UHGV virus genome: UHGV-0372926
Strand: one strand, 5' to 3'
From: a virus
DNA: 41,206 bases
The translations under genes were made by a program, and so were the position numbers. Of this stretch, positions 17,435 through 24,731 are shown piece after piece. Every line of letters begins with the position of its first letter. Within the stretch, counting starts at the first letter, position 1. A model generated the notes under the pieces. That model was given only the letters and a program-made list of their open reading frames with translations, did no database searches and was not told the origin of the DNA.

Positions 17435-17815
17435 TTACCAGTTTGTGTAAAGGCGACGTGACGGTTTATTTGGGATATCGCTGTACCCACGTTTACGCCA
17501 CAACATATAAATCCTGCGGGCGATCACTGCGCGGGCCTTTGACGAGAATAATCCGATCACTATCTTCTTCGTTCCGTCGTAAAAATACGCGTCCCATCCC
17601 CAGCTTCTCCCGCAGAATGATACGCCTGGCACGTGATCACCATGGCGCATCCGGCGCGCTTTAACCGGCGGCTTAGTCCTGGCGAATGTGCGCGGCTCCG
17701 GCTGTTTTATATTCGGTGCCTCCTTCGGCTCGCTGGGCCTTGGCGCCCGGCGCGCTTTCGGTGGAGGGTTTGCGATCTCCTCCGCGCGTTTCAGGATATC
17801 TGTTGCAAGACTCAT
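17435..17815 (-). CDS. AP2-domain DNA-binding protein
   Basis: ...HVPGVSFCGRSWGWDAYFYDGTKKIVIGLFSSKARAVIARRIYMLWRKRGY fits the AP2/ERF-like domain pattern (GV.....W.A......K..LG.F...E.A..A). Confidence 0.5.
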   Translation of the reverse strand: MSLATDILKRAEEIANPPPKARRAPRPSEPKEAPNIKQPEPRTFARTKPPVKARRMRHGDHVPGVSFCGRSWGWDAYFYDGTKKIVIGLFSSKARAVIARRIYMLWRKRGYSDIPNKPSRRLYTNW

Positions 17816-18252
17816 AAGTAGCCCCCGCACTCGTCGCAAGTCGCTACGTCACGGAATGTTACTGTGCCACAATCCCCACATTTACGGCCGCTGGGCGGCA
17901 GCTGTTCCCCAACTCCAGTACGCGAACGTAGCCCACACAAACGGCAGCGGCAAAGGGTGGCTAGTACGCCGGTCCCTTTATCCTTAGACATTCCATATGC
18001 GACCCACTCATGCGGACAGGCTTTCGCCCCGGCTGCTCTTTCCAGCTCGGCGATCAGCCGGTTGATGTACCATTGCGCCTTCTTCACGTCCTCCAGGCCG
18101 TTCTTCGCCTCATAGCGCCAGAGGTATTTGATGATGTTTGAGGTACATACGGCTTCTGCACCAGATTTATTTACGGTAGCGGCTTCCATCGCGTCGATGC
18201 ATTCCACGCTGCCGTTATTGTAATGCGACGGGTGGTTTACGTTGTTGGTCAT
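17812..18252 (-). CDS. DUF3310 family protein with a C-terminal zinc ribbon
   Basis: The N-terminus HPSHYNNGSVECIDAMEA is the DUF3310 signature. The C-terminus is RCRLCG...CGDCG...CDECG. Confidence 0.6.
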   Translation of the reverse strand: MTNNVNHPSHYNNGSVECIDAMEAATVNKSGAEAVCTSNIIKYLWRYEAKNGLEDVKKAQWYINRLIAELERAAGAKACPHEWVAYGMSKDKGTGVLATLCRCRLCGLRSRTGVGEQLPPSGRKCGDCGTVTFRDVATCDECGGYL

Positions 18253-18474
18253 TTACTTGGCCTCCACCTTGATGCCAGCGGCGATGATAGCATCGTGCAC
18301 GTCGTCGCGGGCATAATAATCACCGTTATGGTCGTAATGGGCATGAGCGCTACAATAAGAGCCTCCCTCAATGCTCATCGCCATAGGAAGATTAACGGTG
18401 CGGGACTCCAGATCGGCGATGCGCGCCTGCAGCTCGGCACGCGTTGCGGTGAATACGTTGAATTCGGCCATCAT
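18253..18474 (-). CDS. Hypothetical small protein
   Basis: 73 aa, coupled to its neighbours. Confidence 0.35.
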   Translation of the reverse strand: MMAEFNVFTATRAELQARIADLESRTVNLPMAMSIEGGSYCSAHAHYDHNGDYYARDDVHDAIIAAGIKVEAK

Positions 18475-18668
18475 TTATCCTTACTAATTCGTTTCGGTGA
18501 ACAATACGCGCGGATCTGCGCGTCAGGGCGCTGGCCTTCGAACAGCACCAGCGAGTTTTCTGCTTTACGGGCGGCCGCCTGGCACGCCTCCAGCGTATAG
18601 AACGTCTCGGTAGTGGGCGGGGCCAGCACGCCCTGCGCCAGCACCCATATAAACAGGACCGATGTCAT
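18471..18668 (-). CDS. Small secreted protein (signal peptide MTSVLFIWVLAQGVLAPP)
   Basis: Start at the internal Met, giving an ATGA overlap with the upstream gene. Confidence 0.35.
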   Translation of the reverse strand: MTSVLFIWVLAQGVLAPPTTETFYTLEACQAAARKAENSLVLFEGQRPDAQIRAYCSPKRISKDK

Positions 18669-19117
18669 TCGCAAACGTCCTCCACACGGCCGCACCGGAT
18701 GCACTCCCGGAACTCCGGCTCGCCCAGATGCTGCTGCCAGAGGTGATCGCATTCCGCGGGCCGGGTGTCGCCGCATTTTGAGCAAATATCGTCGTAACCT
18801 ACACCATTGAATTCGGATTGGTAGTCGTGATCGCATTTCCCTACTTTAGAACTAGGCGATCCGTCTCGGCATTTAACACAGTGTATGTCCCCGGTTCCTG
18901 GGCTACGAAACCATTGGTGATCGCATTCCTGGTGCGCGGCTGCCGCGGTGCGCTCCTCGACCGCCTGAATAACGGATATGCGGACGCGGTCCGACGGCAG
19001 CGCTTGTACGTGGCCGTTAGCGTTGACCCGGATAAACGCCAGGCCGGTGACCTGTGCTTCGCGTAACGCCTCGGCGAACGCGTTCAATACTTCATGCTCA
19101 CAGTTCATAATCAGCAA
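18665..19117 (-). CDS. Cys/His-rich protein with repeated x-C-D-H-x-W/Y modules
   Basis: NCEHEV / HQECDHQW / KCDHDY / AECDHLW, plus several CxxC pairs. Confidence 0.4.
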   Translation of the reverse strand: MLIMNCEHEVLNAFAEALREAQVTGLAFIRVNANGHVQALPSDRVRISVIQAVEERTAAAAHQECDHQWFRSPGTGDIHCVKCRDGSPSSKVGKCDHDYQSEFNGVGYDDICSKCGDTRPAECDHLWQQHLGEPEFRECIRCGRVEDVCE

Positions 19118-19488
19118 TCCTCTTTGCGGCAGCCGAGTTGCTCGAGCATGTCACTAGTCATCCCGCCAAGCCATCTTCTGAATGCACGCTTATTCGCCAG
19201 ATGCAACTTAGACGCCATATCGTCTATATCGTCGCGCAGGTCTTTATTCTGGCGACGCAGTTCTTTGTTGTCGCGCCGAAGATTCTGTATCAGGTTATGC
19301 GTTTCACGGGCTGTTTTACGCTCTAGGTAATTGTTGCCGACTAAAGTTATCTGTCTGTGCCCTATTGGCTTGGCGCGTTTGCTATCACCTATTTTCCTGA
19401 ATAATGGCGGATACCCTTTTACGCAGCTCACGCACACATAAAGTACGCCTGTTCTCATACTGCGCCACACTTGGCCTTTCTTGAACAT
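19111..19488 (-). CDS. Hypothetical protein with a coiled-coil C-terminus
   Basis: 125 aa. Confidence 0.4.
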   Translation of the reverse strand: MFKKGQVWRSMRTGVLYVCVSCVKGYPPLFRKIGDSKRAKPIGHRQITLVGNNYLERKTARETHNLIQNLRRDNKELRRQNKDLRDDIDDMASKLHLANKRAFRRWLGGMTSDMLEQLGCRKEDC

Positions 19489-19662
19489 AGTATTTGCTCC
19501 TCTCGTTTCGGTCCTCTGAGTATATGTCTAAATCAATGTTGGTTGCAATACTGAACAGCAAAAATAAGGGTCGGCGTAACTGGTATGGTAGTCTACTAGC
19601 CTACTTGCGTGCGTGGGGCGCGGAATTCGCTAGGACTAATCTTAATAGCGACCACCAACCCG

Positions 19663-19842
19663 TTACTCTCTTTTGGTTGCTTTTCTCTTCGCAACCAATT
19701 TCGATTTACTAAGGCGTTTTGTCTCCCGGGATTTCATGCTGCTAATATATCGAGTTAACCAAACCTCGACACCCAATCCGCACTGTTCAGCCCTCTGTGA
19801 AATGTATTCGTATGCTTTGTCTGACACTGTTATTTGTTTCAT
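19663..19842 (-). CDS. Possible ribbon-helix-helix-like small DNA-binding protein (59 aa, below the ORF-track cutoff)
   Basis: MKQITVSDKAYEYISQRAEQCGLGVEVWLTRYISSMKSRETKRLSKSKLVAKRKATKRE has a beta-strand then helix pattern. The RBS is GAGG. The last codons overlap the TTGGTTGC/GCAACCAA inverted repeat. Confidence 0.3.
   Translation of the reverse strand: MKQITVSDKAYEYISQRAEQCGLGVEVWLTRYISSMKSRETKRLSKSKLVAKRKATKRE
19672..19709 (+). other. Inverted repeat TTGGTTGC-N10-GCAACCAA followed by TTTCGATTT, a hairpin built from two copies of the recurrent motif that could terminate plus-strand transcription
   Basis: An 8-bp perfect stem located 125 nt downstream of the motif copy at 19538-19546. Confidence 0.4.
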
Positions 19843-19889
19843 ATTCCCGCCTCTCGATACTCGCTGCCGTGATATTTACATTCTGGCTA

Positions 19890-20162
19890 TTGCAAACTCG
19901 CAAAAAATATGATACGATCACTGCGTTCTCTTGGCGACGCCCGCCAAAGGGCAGCTCGCCTGAGACGCAATAACGTGATCGACTCACTTTGCGAAACAAA
20001 ATCCCTCCATAAATCAATCACTTACCTACCGACTCGCAATCCATTTTTGCGAAAACCAACAAAAACACCCTAAGTCATTGAAAACGTTACTCGCAATTTC
20101 ATTCGCAAAATTTTGCGAGTCTTGCGAGTCGATTCGCATTACTCGCAACACGTATTATTTTA
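19890..20162. repeat. Iteron-rich non-coding region B, homologous to region A (10005-10262), abutting the 3' end of the primase-helicase gene
   Basis: At least 8 copies of (A/T)CTCGCAA or its complement, the palindrome cgcaaaattttgcg, and block-by-block similarity to region A. Confidence 0.7.
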
Positions 20163-22460
20163 CGAGTTTAAGTCCTCATCACTTGCAACCAATTCCGGCG
20201 GGTCAAAGTCGTTCACACCAGTCGGCAGCCTGTATTGTTGGTTGTAAACTTCGCCGGTATCAGGGTTGCGTCCATGCACTAAAACCCGTCGTCGCACTAA
20301 TTCCTCCAGCACTTTTTTATAGTTGCCGCTGGTGAACTTGTTTCCGCCGGCGGTGCCGATCGCATACGGTGAGTACCCCTCGGGCTTGTCCTCCAGCAGT
20401 TCGAGTTGGGCGACCATCACCTCTTCGGCCTTGTTCTTCGGCCCTGCTCCGCCGGAGGTTTTCACAACCTCCCGGGCTACTTCGGCAGCTGGCGATTCGA
20501 ACGGCGCCAGGGCGACCGGTACCAGGTACAGCGTTTCATCGCGTGGCGACATCTCCAGCGGTTTCGGCGTCCAGCCGGACAGCTGATCGGAAAAGTCCGG
20601 GCCGGCGGCGGTGGACAGATACGCGTCGACGCGGTCGGCGTGCGCCTGGGGGACGTCGATTTTACATTTCAGCAGGACGAAGCCGCGCGGCGACTGTTTG
20701 ATGCCGTTACGCGCTTTTTCGTGATAGAGATTGATCTGGTGTGGCTTGGTCTCGTCCGGCTGCTCGATGAAGAAGGCGTAATCCACGGCCCCATGTAGCG
20801 CGCCAGAGCCGCGGGCGGTACGCTGGCCTGAGGATGACTTCGCCGGGTGGTGGATAACGCCGGCGCTGCCGCCGGTGGTCTCGGATATCTGTTTCAGCGC
20901 GCGGACGATTTCCCCCATATCGGTTGGCGAGTTCTCGTCGAACGGCTTTTTAGCCGTGCTGCGCATGGCGACGGTCTGGTTAAGCGAGTCGAAAGCCACC
21001 AGGCCGACTGGCGAATCGCCGGCCGCGTCGCGGATAATTTTGCATACCTCTTTCACGCCGCGCGCGTCGGTGATGTCGATCCCCTTATCCTGCAGGTCGA
21101 TGATATGCAGCCAGTCCAGGTCGTCCTGGTACATTTTCTGCAGCGCCTGCTTACGGTGTAGGCTGGTTTCGCCGCCTTCCGCATCGAAATAAAAATTGTG
21201 GGCGCGCACGACACGCCGTCCGCCGAACGGGATCCCGGCGGATATTGCCGCCATCTGGCCCAGGACGAAGAACGATTTACCGATGTTCGACTCGCCGGCG
21301 GCGTACCAGGTCGATTTGAAGTTAACCAGGCCCTCAATGATGGGGTCACGCTTGGTGAAGAGGGTAACCGGGTCGTCGTCCAGGTCCTCGTCGGTACACT
21401 GTCCGGCGGTGGGCCCGTCGAGCGCGGCCATTACCTCGGCCTCATAGACGTGGGTGATCTCCTCTTCCGGTAAATCCGGCAGCAGTTCGGCAATTTGCTT
21501 TTTGCTGATATTGTGGGCTTCCGGCAAATACTGGTCCGGCACGCCGCAAAGGCGCAGCAGCATGTGCTGGTGCGTGTTGTGCTTCCTGCAGTGGTCGTGC
21601 TGGCACGCGAAGCGCACTTCTGGATGCAGGGCGTCGGGCATCATGATCGCTGTGCTGCCGTCTGTCCCGTCGTTGTCGCTGTGCTGGTAGTGGTTCGGGC
21701 ACTGTATGGCGAAGCCACGGCCAGAGGATAACGGTTCGAGGCCCATTTCCCAGCACCATGCGGCGATCGCCTGGCTGTTCTCGCTGGCGTTCTCCAGCGC
21801 TTCGTCGGTCCAGTTGGTTGAGCCCGATTCGTCCGGCACGTCGAACCGGTGGCGCAGGATGCGGCGGACGCTGGCCGGCGTGGCGCGGTGGTCGAGGGTT
21901 TCCGCTTCGATATGCGGGGCGAACATAAGACGGGCGCGCTGGAATGCGGTTTCGTCCATCCCTTTCGCGCCGGTGAGCCCGAGCATATCGATGAATTTGT
22001 GCTGGCACGGCCAGATCTCATCCGCCAGCATCGGCCGGTCTGTCGGGATGAGAAAACGCCAGGAGCGCGACTTAACGCCGCCTTTCAGATCGTGCCGGTC
22101 GCCGCAGGTGGAGTACGCGAAGAAAGTGTATCCTCCATCCTCCAGCGCGCGACGCACCCGGCGGATCTCTTTGCTGGATACTTTGTCGATATCGATAAAC
22201 AGCAGGGACCGTGAAATGACGTTGTTGTTATTGCGCTTGTTGCGCTCGAACTCCGCAGCAACATACGGCAACCGGCCTTTCTTTTCTTCGTAGCGATCTT
22301 CGGTCTCGCTGCCGTCAATGGATACGCCCAGAACAGGGTCGGCGCCGATCTCCAGCAGGTCGTCGATAAACTCATCCCAGGAGGATTCGAAAGCCTTGGG
22401 GCGATTGTCGGTTTTATGCCGGCCGAGAGAATAGGATATTTTTGATTTTAACCGTGGCAT
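20160..22460 (-). CDS. Primase / replicative helicase (N-terminal primase-like region plus an AAA_25/RepA-like P-loop NTPase)
   Basis: 766 aa. The ...WYAAGESNIGKSFFVLGQMAAISAG... motif is of the Walker A / AAA_25 type. It is the largest replication protein and lies next to the iteron region. Confidence 0.6.
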   Translation of the reverse strand: MPRLKSKISYSLGRHKTDNRPKAFESSWDEFIDDLLEIGADPVLGVSIDGSETEDRYEEKKGRLPYVAAEFERNKRNNNNVISRSLLFIDIDKVSSKEIRRVRRALEDGGYTFFAYSTCGDRHDLKGGVKSRSWRFLIPTDRPMLADEIWPCQHKFIDMLGLTGAKGMDETAFQRARLMFAPHIEAETLDHRATPASVRRILRHRFDVPDESGSTNWTDEALENASENSQAIAAWCWEMGLEPLSSGRGFAIQCPNHYQHSDNDGTDGSTAIMMPDALHPEVRFACQHDHCRKHNTHQHMLLRLCGVPDQYLPEAHNISKKQIAELLPDLPEEEITHVYEAEVMAALDGPTAGQCTDEDLDDDPVTLFTKRDPIIEGLVNFKSTWYAAGESNIGKSFFVLGQMAAISAGIPFGGRRVVRAHNFYFDAEGGETSLHRKQALQKMYQDDLDWLHIIDLQDKGIDITDARGVKEVCKIIRDAAGDSPVGLVAFDSLNQTVAMRSTAKKPFDENSPTDMGEIVRALKQISETTGGSAGVIHHPAKSSSGQRTARGSGALHGAVDYAFFIEQPDETKPHQINLYHEKARNGIKQSPRGFVLLKCKIDVPQAHADRVDAYLSTAAGPDFSDQLSGWTPKPLEMSPRDETLYLVPVALAPFESPAAEVAREVVKTSGGAGPKNKAEEVMVAQLELLEDKPEGYSPYAIGTAGGNKFTSGNYKKVLEELVRRRVLVHGRNPDTGEVYNQQYRLPTGVNDFDPPELVASDEDLNS

Positions 22461-22501
22461 TGTTTATATTTACTCCTGGTATTTATGACGCGCTTCTGGT
22501 A

Positions 22502-22535
22502 AAGCCTCTCCGTTTTGGATGAGGCTTATTTTTTA
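22502..22535 (+). other. Hairpin AAGCCTC-N12-GAGGCTT plus ATTTTTTAT, a terminator-like structure on the plus strand
   Basis: The T-tract is on the plus strand only. On the minus strand it sits at the 3' end of the cro-like gene without a U-tract. Confidence 0.3.
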
Positions 22536-22762
22536 TCCGGGGTGCCTTCCCCAAGCGCCAGCCAGCGAGCATCGCACTCAAGCGCATCCGCCAGGCGAAA
22601 GATACGCTCCATATTCAGGCTTTTAGTCCGCCCGTTCTGCACAAATGATAAAGCCGACTGCGAGAGACCCCCGCGCATTACGACATCCTGCTGGCGCAGG
22701 CCGAGCTGTTTCATCCGCGCATTGACGCGGAGCTGGAAAGGGTTACGGCGTGCTGTTGCCAT
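22526..22762 (-). CDS. Cro/CI-type HTH (XRE family) transcriptional regulator
   Basis: ...LRQQDVVMRGGLSQSALSFVQNGRTKSLNMERIFRLADALE... is a helix-turn-helix. Confidence 0.7.
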   Translation of the reverse strand: MATARRNPFQLRVNARMKQLGLRQQDVVMRGGLSQSALSFVQNGRTKSLNMERIFRLADALECDARWLALGEGTPDKK

Positions 22763-22798
22763 TATAGGAATCCTCTTAATAGATAGGTTGACGTCTGC

Positions 22799-22828
22799 AA
22801 TACTATAGTATCTAACCGCACATAATCA
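22799..22828 (-). promoter_or_regulatory. Leftward promoter for the cro-like gene: -35 TTGATT (c22823-22828), 16 nt spacer, -10 TATAGT (c22801-22806), overlapped by the 12-bp palindrome ATACTATAGTAT (22799-22810)
   Basis: Read directly from the sequence. The palindrome is a candidate operator. Confidence 0.45.
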
Positions 22829-22896
22829 AGCATTCTCTGGTGATTAGCACTAAGTCATTGATTTTACCGGTGCTGCAATTTAATTTGAAAAATCGC

Positions 22897-22926
22897 TTGC
22901 AATCCCGATTTATCTGGACATATTAT
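22897..22926 (+). promoter_or_regulatory. Rightward early promoter: -35 TTGCAA (22897-22902), 18 nt spacer, -10 TATTAT (22921-22926); motif copy GCAACCAAC at 22941-22949 in the leader
   Basis: Upstream of the first plus-strand gene at 22971, divergent from the cro-like gene. Confidence 0.5.
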
Positions 22927-22970
22927 TACCTCGCCGAAACGCAACCAACTTAACTAAACGAGGATTCACC

Positions 22971-23459
22971 ATGATTGAGAAATTTTACGCACTGCTGGAG
23001 CGCTTTGTTATTGCCCTTGAGCTGATCGCGGCTAACAGCCGCCCGGTAACCGGTGCAGGCGGTTCGACCCCGGCCAAAGATAGCGAAGCACAGAACGGCA
23101 GCGCGCCAACCAAAACCACCCGCACCCGTAAGGCGCCGGCACCGAAAGAAGAACCGGAAGACGACGAGCCGGAAGAGAAGCCTACCACCAAAAAACGTGG
23201 CGGCAAAACCGAAGCGCCGGCCAAAACCACCCGCGGCAAGAAAGGCACCGACAAGCGCGCTGCGATCGGCGAAATGGCTAAAGTGGCTGTAGAAGGCGAC
23301 GGCCTGGACGATGACGACGCCGACGCGCTGGTGGATAAGTTCGACGACCTGCTGGAAGACTTCGAAGTTAAGAACGTCAAAGAGCTGGACGACGACCAGG
23401 TGGACGAATTCCACGACGCGCTGAAAGAGCTGATCGAAGAGTTCTACGACGCTGAATAA
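22971..23459 (+). CDS. Highly acidic first early protein (hydrophobic N-terminal helix, Lys/Thr-rich middle, D/E-rich tail)
   Basis: 162 aa. The C-terminal 70 residues are about 45% Asp/Glu. A GC hairpin follows. Confidence 0.55.
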   Translation: MIEKFYALLERFVIALELIAANSRPVTGAGGSTPAKDSEAQNGSAPTKTTRTRKAPAPKEEPEDDEPEEKPTTKKRGGKTEAPAKTTRGKKGTDKRAAIGEMAKVAVEGDGLDDDDADALVDKFDDLLEDFEVKNVKELDDDQVDEFHDALKELIEEFYDAE

Positions 23460-23466
23460 CTGATCT

Positions 23467-23488
23467 GCCCCGGCGCGCCGGGGCATTT
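23467..23488 (+). terminator. GC-rich palindrome GCCCCGGCGCGCCGGGGC plus ATTT, a possible attenuator after the first early gene
   Basis: A perfect 18-nt palindrome with a short U-tract. Confidence 0.4.
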
Positions 23489-23506
23489 AACCAGGAGTAA
23501 ACCGTT

Positions 23507-24202
23507 ATGCGCCTTACCAAAGATATTAAAAACCAGCTGATCACTAACTTGCTGAAACAAGCCCCTCTCGGCCTGCGCGCCATCGCGTGCATGGAAGAGC
23601 GCCGCGACGTCGTGGAGACCGCGCGCCTGCTGTGCCTCGCGGCTGAGAAGACAACCGACCTTGAGATCCGCGACTTGCGCGAGAAGATTAAGCGTCAAGG
23701 TGCGGCCGTTGATAATAGTTTCGTTAAAGTTCATGCCACGGTCTACGAAGTGGATAAGGATAATTACCATTCATATACCATAGATTTTGCCGTAGGTGGG
23801 GAGGTTCAATGCCGAATGTTGGATGGCTTCGACCGCTACTATCAGCCAGGGATCGGGCGTCGTGCGCTTCATGATGGCGAATATTTTGGCTGGTGGCTGT
23901 ATGAGCTGGCGGAGTTTGAAGACGTAGGCTACTTCCTGCCGCGTGAGCGTGTCTTGCTCGAGGCCGACCCGGCATTGCAGGCGCGTATCGCGAAAGTGGA
24001 TGCGGAGTATCGGGATCTGTTCTCGGAAGTTGTAGCATGGCGCGCGACCATGCGCTCAAATCTGGCGGCGGTGAATACCTCCGAGAAGCTGCGCGAGGTG
24101 TGGCCCGATGCGTTCCCATTCCTGCCGCCGGAAGCCAAGAAGGAGACCGCCGTCGCGCTGTCACCTGAAACCCTTAACGCTTTATGTGGGCTGCCGAAAT
24201 GA
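23507..24202 (+). CDS. Hypothetical early protein
   Basis: 231 aa. No family recognised. Confidence 0.45.
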   Translation: MRLTKDIKNQLITNLLKQAPLGLRAIACMEERRDVVETARLLCLAAEKTTDLEIRDLREKIKRQGAAVDNSFVKVHATVYEVDKDNYHSYTIDFAVGGEVQCRMLDGFDRYYQPGIGRRALHDGEYFGWWLYELAEFEDVGYFLPRERVLLEADPALQARIAKVDAEYRDLFSEVVAWRATMRSNLAAVNTSEKLREVWPDAFPFLPPEAKKETAVALSPETLNALCGLPK

Positions 24203-24459
24203 AATACACCCTTATGAAAGGCCGCGACTCCCGCGACAACGTGATCGCCTTCTGGCTCCTGCGCACCGACGGCGAGACGAAAGAATGCGCATATCTTGGC
24301 AAATGCCCGCCGCCGGGCAAACTTGGCGCACAGGCCGCCCGCATTAAGCAGGTGACCATGGTTAAGCCAGATTTTTATGTCTTTGAAGATCAGTCGATGT
24401 TCGCGCTTCACTGCGACTATGCGTCGGCATCACTGGTCGCAACCTGGGAGACCGTGTAA
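24199..24459 (+). CDS. Hypothetical protein (start at MKYTLMKGRD, ATGA overlap)
   Basis: 86 aa. Confidence 0.4.
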   Translation: MKYTLMKGRDSRDNVIAFWLLRTDGETKECAYLGKCPPPGKLGAQAARIKQVTMVKPDFYVFEDQSMFALHCDYASASLVATWETV

Positions 24460-24731
24460 TGTGGCTCTTTCGCGCTCTGCTAAATCGTAAAAAATACAAA
24501 TCGCTGTCATGGTGGGAAAATTTCATGGGCGGCCATATCAGTTTCGGCCCGCTAACCGTTTACGGTGAAAACGCCATGCACTGGGCGGTAAATATTCGTA
24601 CAAAGCGTTGGGGCTACGTGTGTTTTCGTCTCCCTTTACGCTGTTTTGGAAAATGGTGGCCTCTATATTTTTACGTGTCGCCGAACGGCACGCCACGGGC
24701 CGCCACATTTAAAATGGGAGACACCAAATGA
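24459..24731 (+). CDS. Hypothetical Trp-rich protein
   Basis: 90 aa. Confidence 0.4.
   Translation: MWLFRALLNRKKYKSLSWWENFMGGHISFGPLTVYGENAMHWAVNIRTKRWGYVCFRLPLRCFGKWWPLYFYVSPNGTPRAATFKMGDTK

Noticed and set aside
20369-22375. Numerous 60-195 aa ORFs on both strands inside 20160-22460 (for example 21442..22008, 21706..22293, 20406..20798)
   Set aside because: All are nested in or antisense to the 766-aa primase-helicase ORF. They are Arg/Pro-rich with no start context.
22526-22971. A possible lysogeny/immunity module (cI repressor, integrase, attachment site)
   Set aside because: Only a 78-aa Cro-like HTH gene is present. No tyrosine or serine recombinase, excisionase or tRNA-like att candidate was found anywhere in the window.
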